This document shows, one piece after another, positions 1 to 14,837 of a stretch of DNA of 64,000 nt. Positions within the stretch are counted from its first letter, which is position 1. Each line of letters starts with the position of its first letter. Origin of the DNA: Fimbriosthenelais zetlandica (Eukaryota); NCBI GenBank assembly GCA_977030845.1, contig OZ365112.1, positions 8,494,001-8,558,000 of the forward strand. Reading direction: 5' to 3'. A program made the translations under genes and the position numbers. The notes below the pieces were generated by a model. It did no database searches and was not told the origin of the DNA. It was given only the letters and a program-made list of their open reading frames with translations.

Positions 1-3000
1 ATTGAGAGATTATCAAAGGGGGCATTTCTGAGAGTGTAATCAAGGTAAGGGATTGTGATATTGACAGGGATTTGGGGAGATTTCCTCTGCCGGGTAGCGG
101 GAAATGACCAGGACAGTCCTGGGGGAATACTCCACGTCCGGGACCCACTCAGCCCCTACCCATGATCTATTAGTCTTGTTTTCAGCCTCTTTCCCCAGGG
201 GTTAATAGGGAAAGATATTTCCCTCCTCCATAGATGCATATTGCTCAAAACATTTTAATGTCCTCTCCAGAGAACAGCCTCGGCTATGCCACCTTTTCTC
301 GGAGTTGCCAATATCCCCACAAAGCACACCAAGGCCCAGGCTTTCCTGTTCGATTAATCTCTCAGTTACAATTCCATCAGAGCCGGGTTTTACCATGCTC
401 TAGCTAACCAACAACTTCATTGCTGTTGCCGAGGAAAATTCCCAACTGATTCATCAAATATTGTCTATGAAGCGGGTGAATTGCTAATGGAATAATTGAT
501 TTTCATGAGAAGTGACACGATCGGGAGAGAACGAATGACACTTCAAAAATTGCCTCCACTTGCATGTAATTGAAAAACTAATATTGAGTATTGACAATTT
601 ATGCAGGAGCCCCTCTGCTTGCATACACTAGAACAATATTTTCCCTGAACGGAATGACTAAGGGAAACATTGCTCCTCGAGATGCACAGGTATGTTTTAG
701 ATATCTGTCGATGACATGAGACACTCACCCAGCCACCATATCAGAACAGAAGCTGTGAAATATACAGAGGTGGGCGAAATGGCTCTTCAAATGATCGACT
801 AGGTAGGGATATACTGCTGACCATGACAATCGATCAGGAGCACCATTAGTGTACAGGAAGCTTGTCATAGGCTCTAATGGCAGTGAGGTCAAAGGGGTGG
901 TGCTGGGTAGCATGTCCCCCAAGGGTCCATCCACAGATCCCCCATGTCGCTGGCCCATGAATATATGTACCAATATAGAAACCCAGCGCTGAGATTAAAG
1001 CGCGTCCCTCTACTGCTGACCCACCCCTTTTGCTCTCTTCGCCTCGGCTGCTTTCTGCGCAGCACATTTTCTTGTCAGGAAATCGTGATCCCATGTCAGG
1101 AGTGTCTGGGTTGATTTCTTGGCGGACCCTCTCTCGTGCAGGCTGAGACTGGCTTTCTGATTTCCTCCAATGTCCTTAAATCCAGATTGTCAGGATGCGG
1201 GACATTATCTAATTTGGTGGGGAGGCCATTGAGTGAGCTGGCTGTGTGATCACAATGGTCTGGAGGAGATCATAGTGTGGGGTAGGGATAATGTGGGTAG
1301 GACCAGGCCTCGTATAGCAGTCTGAGGATCATACTGGTTAGTGAAGACCAATGGGAGGATCAGTGTATAGGAGATCCAAGGCGGGCCCGTGATATCAATC
1401 TGAAAAACCATTATGATGTCCATAGGAAATCATAGTGGAAGGCCTGGCAGATTTGAGGTCTGAATACAAGTTTCCTTATCACAATCCTGAGTATATGGAT
1501 GAAGCTTAGCTTAGCAAAGTAAACATACACGTCTATTCTTCACTGAAAAAACGTCCCCTTAGTCACCCAATTAAAGCATATATGCATGCTAGGATTATGG
1601 GTGTCTACTGTCCAGATATAGTATGGCTCTACTCTAGGTTTTAATGTCAGGGTTAATAATGTATTACGGCGTGGCGACATTCAATCAGCCAGGTTTGCTA
1701 TAGAGAGGGTCAAGAGAAGGTCAAAAGGTCACAAGTCATGGCTCTCACTTCCTGCTGGACGGTGGCCAACATTAATAATTTGGATACACATGTTGTATTT
1801 ATAAAGGGTAAACTTTTGGGCTACACACTCCTTCCTAGCAAGTATATCCGATCCGAAATAGCTTTTGAAGGCTTAGGGCTATCAGTCTTGTTGTAATGGT
1901 TCCATATCGGCTAAAATATCCATAGGCTGAGCTGAGATAAACGAATGAATCTGGACTTAAGCTGGACAATTAAGACATGTTCTGAATACATACATGTATT
2001 CTGAATCACTTAACAATACTTTTTTGCCATGTATACGAACCTATAATTGCTCGTACAGAGGTTCTAATACCAGCATTTAGCTAATACCATGGGATCTCCA
2101 GACAGCAGACAGGGTCAGGTGGAGGATTTAATGACAGATATAATCAGGTCCTGTCTGTAAGTAAGGCCTGTCTGATTTAATATTCACCTTATTACAGTGT
2201 ATTGGAGCATCAAAGGATGCTCTCTAGCCATGAGATGGGGGAATATTTCATATTCCTATATACAATATGATAAATAACCAGTGCCAGTAACAATAGAGCC
2301 CACAATGAGTGAGTCTACAGAGTGGTATAGATGGGCGGGTACATTAATGCATGTTTATAAATTCATGAATCACGAGCCTGTTTCTTTTGTAAAGCTACTG
2401 TAGCGGAGATGAGCGGGGAAGCACGGTTACTTTTTATCTTCGATCTAATCCCAGACGGCACAATCATTTTAAGTAATGAAATCAATTATTTCAAGCATCC
2501 CCGGGCTCTCCTCCCATTTTGAAACCAGCTTTTATGTCACTCTTACTACTATCAGGAAGTAAAAAGGCTAACATATTACTTAGATGCATTTTGCTCTTGT
2601 CATTTTCATTTGGATTCAATAAAACATACTGAGCAACCTTAATTGACTATTGTTCCATTATAATTCCCCTTAATACTGTTTTATCAGTGATACCATCATT
2701 TTGTGTGGGGAACTAACTCATACATCAGAGAAGATATTAGTCAATGTTTTAGCTATAGCCACTACACTATAGCTTTTCTGAGTGAACCATTTTAGATCTT
2801 CGTCCCTCTTTCGGCTTCAGCCACTTAAGCTACCCCCACTATGGATCCATTACAACTCCTGTTATCAATTCTTCGGAGGGAAGCAAAGCAATGGATCTGA
2901 CCCTTCACCCCTATTGAGATAATCTGACTTCAATGTTCTACTTACCCAGGCTTGTTCAGACGAGCATCGTTTTGTGTTCCTGAAAGCAGCCCATTAATAT

Positions 3001-4553
3001 ATACTTTACTGCCTGGTAAACCAACCTTTCAAACTCACCACAGAGCTTCATGAAATAAAGATTTTATGAATTTTATATCATGGCAATTTAACAATATAAT
3101 GTGAAGGGAGTTCTCACAGGGAAGGATTTTTCCAGACAGTATCTCAATCTAAGAGTCTGAGTAGCCTTGAATTTCTATTGAAAACGATGAATAATAATTG
3201 CCTACTCATCATATCTATTTTCAAACATGAAACCATGCATGCATGAAACCACCTCATGTAATCTTCAAACTAATGAGTCTGAGAGGGGGGAGCCTTGTGA
3301 TCTGAACTGAAGTGGATCCATGGCGTGCCATGATACTATTCAGCCGCTAATGTTTTTCCCGATGTTTTGTTCAACACATTATATTTCCAGGCGACCTTTT
3401 TCACATCGGCCTGGCCTCAGTTTTTCATCCCCTTCACAGACACTGACCCTTGCCGGCGGTTCTATTCATCCGGCAGCCTCCCTCCACCAATACACGCAGA
3501 CACAACTGAGCAAAGCTATCAGCTCAATGTTTTTGAAAGGATCTATACTGTAGGAGCATGCTCCGCGTTCTGCCCACATCAATGTGATAGGACCTGTTTC
3601 CTTGCTCATCATTTATCCAATATCTATATAACCTACAGACACTTCCTCGTCTCTTCAATAATTCAGTAGGCAGAGATAACCCGCTGGATATTGTTTCACA
3701 CTACAAAGGACACCAGAGAGAGGAAGGATGCCCTGGGTGGGGAGGGCCAGTGGATGGATGGCTGGATGATCTGAACATTATATACCCATACCCTAAACCC
3801 GAGATCATGTATTGATCATATACCTACATGTAAACCCATCATGCCAAATATATAACTAGTAATTTTCGGATTATATGCTGGAGATTATGTAATACCTATC
3901 AGTGAAACAATTTTACCAATAAATTCAAATTCCTACGATCCCAATTACAACAAATTGTCATACGCTCAGATATATTTTTCAGAAACTTATATGATCAATG
4001 CTGTAGGGGGACACTTTTAATGTCTATGGGAATACTTCCATCTGCGTCTCCTTTCAGAGAGGGGACAAGGCCACAACTGACAACATATTCACAGAGGACA
4101 CTATTATGCTCAAGTAACCTCTTGTGGAGAGACTGACAAAAAACGTTTATCACAACCTATTGCTTCATACAACCGAGAAGTTTTTTTGGGGGGATATCAT
4201 GATCCGATTTCTTCTTTCCCTGTACGTGTTCAGCATGCATGTGGGCCTGTAAAAACCATACTTATGTCTATCAGGATGGCTTAGAGTAATTTGTCTTCTC
4301 TATGAATATCCTCTTACATTAGACCTCTCCCGATACGGGCCCAGCAGGCCATGGCCAGTACTTTTAAGCCAACAATAAGTCCCATTGCCAGGCCACATTA
4401 TCACTTAGCCCCAGGCTCGCCTATACCTAGATAAGTGTCTTTGTCGTGGCAGGCCATTGACTACTGCTCCCCAGTGACTCCTCGATGGATCAAAGAGCAT
4501 TGTGGTCCCAGGCCAAGATCGTTAGGCACTGTGTTCTGCTCTTGGAGGGCATC

Positions 4554-4886
4554 AGAAAGGGAACAAGAGACAGGGACAGAGAGATGGATCGAGAGAGGTG
4601 GAAGGGAGCGAGAGACAGGGAGAAAGATAGAGAGATGGGATGGAGGGAGCAAGAGCGAGAGAGAGAGATGGGAAGGAGAGAGCAATAGACAGGTAGAGAG
4701 AAGGATGGAGAGAGATAGGAGGGAGTAAGAGACAGGGAGAGAGAAGCATCGAGAGAGGTGGGAAGAAGGGAGCAAGAGACACTCACAAGGAGAAGGATCG
4801 AGAGAGATGGGAGGGAGAAAGAGGACGAGAGAAAGGGGGAGAGAGACATATGGAAGAGGTGATTTGGAAAAGAGAAAAGTAGAAAA
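4554..4886. repeat. Purine-rich (GA) low-complexity tract / degenerate minisatellite
   Basis: About 330 bp of almost pure A/G with recurring gatcgagagaggtgg and gagagatggga units. It explains the cluster of low-complexity ORFs at 4435-5082. Confidence 0.9.
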
Positions 4887-5805
4887 GTATGACGGAAGAG
4901 GGAAACTATATTCCCACAGTAAAGTTATCATTATGCCGCCAACTCCATGGAGCCTATCTAAAAGGTATAATTGGATGGCATTTATCATTATTATCATTGG
5001 CAGTGTAATGGCCATGCCCCATGCGCTCACTATAATTATGCATGTATCACAGATTCAATACTGGTTTGGTATGGGAAACTGATAGGCAGCAAAATTCACT
5101 GTGGTCCGATGGGAACACTCGTTCTCCCCCCAATCTAGCTTTATCTTATTTGTGGAGGCGATGAAATAGCTGGGAAGCTTGTGTTGACAATAGTCTCACT
5201 ACATGTGTTTTAGCTGGGATGAGCCAGGCCCCACATGGCTTTTGTCTCACGCCACTTTCCCCCAGCATTGGCCTCAATGAAAAGAGGAGGGTTGGAGGGG
5301 AAACCGGTCCAAGTGGCTTGGTGGTAATAGAACCATACATAATATTGACACGAAATTGACCTTTCACTGGCCACGCCTGCCTGAATATATGGCTCCTCTT
5401 GCTGTTTTTCGGTCCCTGTTCTGTCCATAGAGAAAATTACAATCCGGCAAATGAGTGTAACTGACAGATGAAGGGAATAGGAGACTAGTATGGAGTTGTT
5501 CCACATTGAGAGTTCCTATATAAACCTGCACTGCCACTTTATACGTGACTTCGCATTGTTGAGTATTTGAACAACGCAATAACAATGAGCATGTATGTTG
5601 ATGCACGTAAAAGTTTTTTTTTGCATATTTAAAGTAATATATGACAGGGATCCTCTGCTTATTGGGAAAACATTTTTTCGCAATTGTTTTGTTATAAACC
5701 CTGTATGAAAAGTTATTGCGACAAACCAATTCACGGATGGAAATGATTTTGTATTACAATGTTTTACATGCAAGTTAGTGAAGTGGTTTAGTGAAGGCAA
5801 AAATA

Positions 5806-5893
5806 TTTAAACTTTTACGATGTTGAGTGTAAAACAGGACTGGTTTAAACTTTTACGATGTTAGGCGTAAAAACGGACTGGTTTCAACTTTTT
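5806..5893. repeat. 38-bp tandem repeat, about 2.3 copies
   Basis: tttaaacttttacgatgtt begins at 5806 and 5844, with a degenerate third start at 5882. Confidence 0.85.
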
Positions 5894-8800
5894 CCTCTGA
5901 ATATTGATTGCGCGTGCGGTGAGGTGGCGGTGTGTTCTATTGACAAGTAGCATTGTTCACCTCATCAATAGTTATATGATAAGAGTTAACACTGATCCTG
6001 TGAAGTAGAAGAGAGCACTCATCAGATTGTTGGCAGGCAGTGATGGTAGTGAGGCAATATTAGGAATGACAGTCAGTTCTCCACCACTCACTGGTTCCTC
6101 ACTCGCTCAATGAAAACTAAGCTGAGAGGGAATTTTTTGCAAGTAAAGCACAGGCACACCAGACCACCTGTCAACAACTCTGTGAGGTTTTATAATTAAC
6201 AATGCTCGAACGTGCCATGTAGAGTTCAAGCCCAATATTACCAAGCACGGCAGCTTCTTTCTTTGGACGCCAGTTATTCCTCATAAGGGGGCTATGATGC
6301 TTTAAGGCAGAAATAGCAATAAGTAGATTGAACTAATATAATAATCACAGATATATCCAAATGTTGGTTTAAATTGTTAGCTCATACATAGTTTGCAAAT
6401 GAACCATGGATTTGTTTGGGACCTTTCAACACATGGGATCCGGAGGCCTGATTGCTATCACCTATTTTTTCATTTCTATTTTTATTTTCAAATGTGACAT
6501 TTGCTGGGAGCACGAAGCCTTAAGAATATTTGTGCAGAGTGAAGAAGGAAAATAAAGAGTGGGAATTAGTGATTGTTTGTTGTACAACAGAGGCAAACAA
6601 CATCTGAAATACTGGTCTGCTGTGTCTTCGTGATATATATAATTTCGGTTCTTCAGTTTCAATGTTTCAATTTTGAAATCGTTCCATTAAAGGACATATA
6701 CTAATATATCTACCAATGCAGATATAATATATGTCCAATAGAAAACATCTTTATATTATATGGATAATAAAGAATGGATTACTGTAGTAGTTAAGTCCCA
6801 TATAGTCAGGAATCATTGCTATCTATTGATTGAAGAGGTGCAAATGAATGACTGAAAAATCCGTCATTAGCGGGACTTGAATTAAATGACTGTGAACATA
6901 TATGAAAAATACCATCAAATTAGAGCTGTGGAATTAGTACTATCACAGTGTACGACTACATTATGTGAATGGCGGATTAATGGCACATATTGTATTCTTT
7001 GCTTGGCAATCTCCAAACGATCCATAATCCAATTCTTACCGATGGGAGTGCCATTGATTTTTCAAGCCTTGCATCTTTGTAGTTTTTATTTCCGTTAATG
7101 ATTTCCAGAATAATGAGATGGGAATAACTGTGGAATTTAAGAGGAAAAATGCCCAGCAGTGAGAGCGCAATAAGCCGGATTATCAATATCTTATTATTCC
7201 ATCTCTTCATTTCAGAATTTTCCAATTTGAACGCCCCTCTGGCTCTCGCCTCGAAAAGGTGAAATTTTACCCAGCCAATCCTCCAATTCCTTATCAGCCG
7301 TTTTAAAAGCAAAGTTCAAAGTCAGGAATAAGGCAGGAGGAGGAGGGTGGCGGAGAGAGGGGGTTATTTTTGGGTCTAATATAAATGCAATGTCACATGG
7401 AAATGGGTGCTATTTAAAGCAGTAGGGGATTATATGCCTGCGTGGCTATGCCTGATAGCGATGGGAGGTATAGGACCATACTTACGACTGGAGATAAGGC
7501 AATGCGCACTGAAGCCGTAATTAGATCTCACACTCAATGCTGATTGCCCAGATACCTTCCACAAGGGTCATTTCTGGCGCGGGATAACCTTGTCAGTCTT
7601 GCCATAGCTGTCCCCGACTTAACCTTAGCCAGCGCCAAATCAGATCGACTTTGATCCGTGCCAACCATTGGGTGATATTAGCTTGATATCACTTGATCAG
7701 TTACTATTGGATGAAGCACCTCGTCCATATAGGAGGGACGAGGGGGTGTGAAGGGATGCAGGGATGAGGCACTTGACTGTCTATGGCTATAGAAAGTATA
7801 CTGATATCCACTATACTCTATACGCCTCGGCAAGGCCAGTAGACTATTTGACATTAACACACTGCCAGATGGTCGTTTGAATAGATTTTCTGCAGATGCA
7901 GATACTCTGAGGAGCCACTGCTTGTATCTTCCATGTCTCATCAAAATGTTTATTCACAGCCCGTGAATTTATCATTGGAATAATGATAAACGATTGGTTA
8001 GCTTTTATTTCTGTGCATAAAACATCTGGTTTGAAACTGGCGGTTGGTGAATGGAAGGTGTAATGGGAGGGCAGGAAGACATAATGTAGAGTGTTGGCAG
8101 GATGATGATGGCTGACAAGTTTTGAGAGAGCAGCTCTGGGGACAGCTGAGCGAGCAGCAGAGCTGGAGCAAGTGGCTGGGGATGACATCCATAATAAATG
8201 CCACCTCGCTGCTGAACGCCCCACACCACTGATGGATAGGCTGCTCTAATTGTTCGTTAAACCCCCATAACCAACTGATTGGAGAATAGGAGAAGAGCTT
8301 TGCTCTCAAACAATCGACTCGACAAATCTATCACAAATCCGAGCACTGGCTTTTATTCTCCATCCTTAACGCAATATAATATGTTCTACAGTACTAATTG
8401 CAATTGTCTGTAAATGCAGGAGATATTCAGTCTGGCTGTGTTAGTACTGAAGTTACCATCAGACAGGTTTCTTTAGAGACGGATTATCTTACTCTAACCA
8501 TCAGGCCATGGTAATGCAATGCAAAAGACATCCATGGGTGTAGTGTTACCTGAGTCAGCTATGCTGTCCAGGAAATTGGCAGCGGTTTTTTTTCAGCTAC
8601 AGGCTTCTGCAGCTCATTTTAAATCAGCTGTGCCAAATTTATGGAAATATTCTTTCATGGGCCTCAGAAGGAATATGAGACAGAGAGTGGGAAACAAAAA
8701 TGTGAAGAGAAGGAGAGACATGCATGCCATGGTTGTCTTGACTGGCCATGCTTCAGTTCAGCACTCTAGTCATATTGTTAGGACGGCTATCATGTATGGA

Positions 8801-11800
8801 CGATAATGGATAGGCTGACGCTGTTAAGAACAGATGTCACATTTTGATGTATCATTGGACTCTGGGGGAAGTCCCTCAGCCTAACACCTTGCCACTCAAT
8901 GCATCAAAAACGAGCATAGCCAAGCAGTCTCAGGCTCACTCAAAGAAGTCCCTCCAAATACCAAAATCCATTTGAAATTCAGTTTTCGAGAAATCGACTG
9001 AACTAGGGTAAAATTGTTTTCAGTTCAAGTGATATTTTTCTTAAAGAATCAATGTGAACAAGAATCAACTTATGGGGTCATTGCAAATTATATACACCAA
9101 CATTTATCGACATGCAAGTTACATACTGTATGTGGACCATGAGGGCCTAGCAAGCTGACAAAAAATGCAATTTCACTTCTCTAACACACTATGGGAATGC
9201 TATGCAATCTCCATTCCATCGCAATAATATCCCCAGAGTAGAATCTTGCTTCAAGCAAAGCAACAATCCCTGGCCCATTTCTGTAGCGGGGAGCCAAAAG
9301 CCTCTTGCTGACTGGACATGAGAGGCCAACATCAGTCAAACTGGGCGAGACCTTTTCCTGGATTTTCCTGTAGCAACCTCGGGCCGTCCAGCTGTCATCC
9401 TAAGCCTCTGGCTGATTTTAGTGTCTTTTAATTTGGGCCAAGATCGAGCACTACGTGTGCTGCATGCCAGCACACAGCTTGCCACCACGCCTGTAAATGC
9501 TGGCTTCAACAGCTCCCATCCAATTCAGCCCCCAATCTTTGCTGTATATTTATTGCCTTATTAGGCTGCCGTATTCAATATACATGCCAGTAGGTTCCAA
9601 CAACGATGAATGCTTTTTCCAGATCTACAGGGAAAACACATCGAGGACAAGCACAGTGTGGTTTAACCGGTATAAATACAAGGGTTTCAGACGTATCATA
9701 CCGCTTGAATGATATTCAGGAAATCAGCACATAGCAGAGATTATGGAGATATGTGGAGATATAAAAGGATGCTGGGAATAAAACTTTACCAGCTGAGTTA
9801 AACTGCCTAACTCAGCTGTTGTTTTCTCATTATATCCGTATAAATCGAAATTATACATGATATATTGTATCCTATAAGGATAAGCATATTTTTCAGAATT
9901 CAACATATGATGCCATGGTTCTTTATACTTTCAAAAATATATCCGATCTTTTGCCTTGTTAACCCCGCTGCACTTGGGAAAGTTGCTAACTTCTGGTATA
10001 GGATATGTCATGTCAGAAGTGTTCACACAGGCGTCAACCAACACTTTCATATACAATGTACAGTCAGACCGATGAGTATACAATGAATATCATTCTGTCC
10101 TCCTTGGTCAGACTAATGGAACAAATGATATGACTTGTCTTCCAGCCATAGGTCAGGAGAAAGAAGACCACCTGTGTGAATGACTTTTGGCGCGTCAGTG
10201 TGATATCTGGGTGGTGTGAAGTCAACTGCTTACTGATGACCATTTATAGCTGAGAGAAGCTCCTAGATATATTGGTGTGACTATAAATAGAAGCTTTGGC
10301 GGCAGAGTGGAAGTCAATGAGGCGTAATTGCCTTGGCTGTGTGCCAAGCATAAGTTCCAGCCATTAGGTTATCCTTCAGGGTGTGGTGCTTGGAGCACAG
10401 GCTCTCAGTTTATTATTCAAAGTAGATTGATAAGAAGAGAAAGGGGGCAATGAGGGTCTTTGAAACAAGTCAGCAATAAAAAGCATTATGATGCCTTCCT
10501 ATGAAAGCTAAACCACAAAGGCTTGAATAATCGCTGGAGGGAAAAGCCAGAACTTAACCGATGTATAATGGAAGCCATCCTACTGTCAACTGCAGCTTAT
10601 AGAGGGTTGACAAAACTCCACACAAATGTCCTCAATGGTTAACTGTGGAAAAAGGTGACTTGAAAAATGACCATACGTGCACACCGGAGAGTGATAAAGA
10701 AGGTTAAAAGCGGCCAGGTCGTCGTCCGACCCGCCAGCAGTGTGGTTGTGGCATTTTAAACAAGCTCTGATATTCTCATCGGGAACTCTTCAGCCGGGTC
10801 CGCTACATGAACAGAACCAGACTACTACAACTACCGAATTCTGACATATGTATAGTCTAAAAATCAACGAAAATCAGTCTACAAACTAACTGAAATTTCC
10901 ATAAAACTATACTTTAAATTCCACACTTATTTGCAAAAATTTGTACCATCCTAAGTTCTGGGATAATGAGACATAAGACAATAATAAAGTATCAGCTGAA
11001 GCTCATATTCGGTCCATTTGTTTCACTATAGAGGTGCTCAGTAGCCAGACTTTACACAACAATACTAAATTGCTCATATTGTGGAGCAAGTGAGAAGAGA
11101 GAGCACCATACATTATCTATAACCACATTGATATTCACTGCAGCAGCAAGAGTCAGTGGGCCATAGCATTCTTATATGATGGCCCGCTCAACTTGCCAGC
11201 CTCAATGTACAGTATTAATACAGTAACCCATCTCAGTAACTGCCATCGCATGCCAAGTACATTGGGAAACCTTGTACCATAGAAGCAATATGAATGGAGG
11301 ATAGGCCATCCATTCTCAGTGAGATGGCATCTAGTTCTGTGTAATGTTTAGCAGACCCGACTGTCTGCTTGTCACTCCTGGCAGGAGGAAATGTGCCTTG
11401 TCTCATTCATTTTCAAGTCACATCTGCAAAACTATGCTGGAAAGGACTTCCCAAATGGCTTTCGTTTGTGTCGAAAGCAATTAACGAAGGTGTTCTTTAT
11501 ATACAAAGACCTTTTGTGGGGAACTTTGGGTCCACGTTTGCTTTGGACATGCGCCGAAAAGGTTCGATTTCAATAGGATTTGGCGGAGAAAACTTGTGGT
11601 TATAAATGGAAAATTTAAACCTATAGGTACTGTGATTTTTCATTACGATTTTCTACTTATGTGGGATGTTTGTATACACACTGAACAGTCGCAAGACATT
11701 GCTGCATGACTCGCAAGAATTTTTCACAAGAAAATGGGTCTTACAGCACTTGCAGTTGATGTGATGCAATGGATGCAAAAGAAAAAGTATATTTTGCATA

Positions 11801-14392
11801 TTTTAACACCTTCTAACAATGTACTAGTATATTATAGTCGTCTAGAGGGTTGAACTTATAGTTGCCTATACTATATGAGCAGCACCGTGGAGATAGTATG
11901 GCTTGAATTTCATTTTTCATATTTATTAACTAATAGCCATCGATCGCCATGATCAGATCACACCCGGGTCTGATGAACGACTCCCCTGTGCCTACTCGAG
12001 GAATTAAAATCACAGACTTCGATCAACATGATGCCTTCAATGGGCGTCTAGGGAAGTATTTACTCCTAAATTACCTCCATTATCCTCCCAAAATCAATAC
12101 CTGAATATAACTCAATTTCCAAACTTCCAATTTGCCTATCCAAGCAAAATATTAATTAAAACTCCGAGAACAAATTAGGTTTTAATCTCTTTTTGGAGTT
12201 GAGATGGAGAGAGCATGATGGAGGGTACGGTGTTGGGGATTTTATTTATATGAAAGGATGACAGCATTAAGGAAAACCTGGAATGTAATGAAAGACGTTC
12301 GTGTATAGTGTTCTAACATGGCAGAGACTCGTTAAAAGCGCAAACAACAGGCCTTGATGGGAGATCAAGTGAGGAGGGAGAGTGGTAGGCTAGATGGCAT
12401 GATGGCACTGGTGTATATGGCCAGGGCTGGGCAGGCACTGGCGCCAAAAGGTAAAGAAAGCAGTTCTTTGACTAATATTTGAACATGAGGGGAGACTTGA
12501 CTGTAGAATGTGGCTGGTTTAACGGGCGGGTAGCACATTCTCACGTATCACACGCTCTTCAGACTACCCATCGGCACCACGCCAATATCATCCATATATC
12601 TCAATGCTCGGTTTCTTCTTCGTCTTCCAGGACAAGCTAGTTCATCATGGGACTCGCTATATATTATAACATCCTCACCAGTCATCAAGCCATGCAGGAG
12701 GCAGACATAGACTTCTACTGGAATTGGTTCATATACCAGACTCAAATTAGAGACTATTATAGCAAAACTGTGAAACATGATGTCAGATATTTCCATGCTG
12801 TCTAGACTCATAAATCTGTATAAACCTTCACAGAAAGAGCAAATGGAAAAGTACTATTTGTATGAAAAGCTATAACCAATTGCTACCACAATATCATAGT
12901 ACAGATTTGATGTTTTCGAGTGGCTTCTTTAAGGAAGCCATAAAAGAAGGTTTTCCTGCTCTACATCTACCTCTTCCTTTGAGAAACTTCAAGGGAGCAT
13001 ATATGACAGGGTTGAAGGGTAAAGTGAAATTCGATCGTCTGGGTATAACATAGCGGCCTTTCTTACAATCTGCGATGTGCTTGTAATATTGAACCCTGGT
13101 AACCAACAGGAGGACCCATAAGATGGGGAAGTCTCCACATGCATACTAGTCGATCAATAGAGGAATGGTGCGGAATAATACACGACAGTAGCTGCTAAAA
13201 GAACAAACAAAGCACAGCCAAGACACTGTAAGACAGTTGTTCACATGGCCCTAACCTGGTTATGCTTCCTTGCTTATCCTCCTATCTCTTCACAGTATCT
13301 TCAACTTGCCTTATTTAAACACATTGATATATTGAAGAGTGGGTAGAGTGTAAGCAAGAGGAATGTAAAATCGATATGGAAAAAAAGTCAGATCAAATAC
13401 GATTCTTTTTTCTTAAAGGGGGGTAATTTTAGGTGGGAAGGGAGATTATAAGGCAATTATAATGCCCAGCCCAGACATTAACCACCTCCTTTAAGGGTTT
13501 TCATCTTTTATATTTCTTTTCTAAGGTTCGTGAAGCTCAATTTAAGATGGATGCTTGCCTGCTTCCTAACCTGATTTGCTTCTCTACTCGGTGTTGTAAA
13601 GCCGAGGTAGTGAGGGGTAAATGAGACCCACTTCTAGCTCAGTCTATACAGCTCCCGAGGTAATCTCATCCCCAATCACAGGGTGTAAAATCTCCTCAGT
13701 CAATAACATAGAGGAGTCCTCATGTCCAAATCTATTACATGCTTACAGCATGAGATACCCACATGTATGCAAGCTCTATAATCCTACCTCAAAAAACTCA
13801 ACCGCATTTAAAAACATTATGGGTTGGGTAAATTACATGTAACAAGAACCATAAATGATACCCATATGGAACGATTCTTTAAGTGCATGTTTAACATTGA
13901 ATAAATCGGTTCCGTAAAGCATAGTTAAAATTAACCCTGGAAGATACCGGACGTTTTTAGCGGCAGGATAGTGAAATGGGTCCCTGGGGCAAAGCCACAT
14001 TTCCATATGCTAATTACTGCCTTTGGTCGTCAGAGGAGCCTGGGACATTTGTCAATTTTCCTATACTACTTGCCACTGGGAGCAAAAACGACAGTGAGAG
14101 CACATGGTGACCAATATTTCAGACTGTCAGCGGATTGTCACTTCACCAGAGTCAGCCGGCTTTTTGTGACAGCAGTGATTACCAAACCGTGACATGTGTA
14201 TTGATTTGCATACTGACAAGCAAGAAGGATTGAGAAGATGTCATGCATTGGCAAACTACCAGGAGTTGTTTGAATCTGTGTATAACCTCGCAGCACTGCA
14301 TAGTTACACAAGCAATCTCTAACCACAGGGTGACTGTTAAATGTCTAAATGCCTCGGGATGCAACATAATGTTTTTGAATCATTAATATGAA

Positions 14393-14426
14393 CAACGAGA
14401 GTAAAATAATTATTTTACTCTCGTTG
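14393..14426. repeat. Perfect 34-bp palindrome CAACGAGAGTAAAATAATTATTTTACTCTCGTTG
   Basis: The two 17-bp arms are exact reverse complements with no spacer. Confidence 0.95.
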
Positions 14427-14837
14427 ATATAAACAATTATCCTGCATATTTTCGTTGAGATTCTTGCATTATACACTTGTTAACTCAGGGAAAAATGGAG
14501 CTCATCGGATATATGTTACCCCTTAGTGATTTGCCTGGTACACTGATCCTGCAATCCGAGCCTTCTAAAGTAAAGTCGCATATCAAAGTTCTTACAGGGA
14601 GAATCTTTTCAAAAAAGCTTAGGTAAAGGAAGCGGTGGAGACGACATCGTACACAAAATCAATTGAGTCAACTCTTTAAATTAGCAATGCAGATAAAGGG
14701 GGCAGTACAGGTGCTTCTCCTGGCCACGGGAAGACCAGCAGATACTGTAGGGGCTTCCCTTAACTATTAAACATTTATACCAATTATATTCACAATTAAG
14801 GGCCAATATCCAGGACCTTCATAAATGTGCTTGATTA

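Noticed and set aside
1-50. Strong donor AAG|GTAAGG at 45 as the missing upstream RGS exon
   Set aside because: None of the three upstream frames resembles the R7 N-terminus, and the only frame open up to the donor ends in phase 0 rather than the required phase 1.
4435-5082. ORFs up to 189 aa (4461..5030 and overlapping ones)
   Set aside because: They result from the stop-poor GA tract and translate to Ser/Leu or Arg/Glu low-complexity sequence.
12548-12811. Reverse-transcriptase YMDD motif in a minus-strand ORF (LRYMDDI)
   Set aside because: No upstream RT motifs (such as QG.P.SP or D...AF) in any nearby frame, so probably chance.
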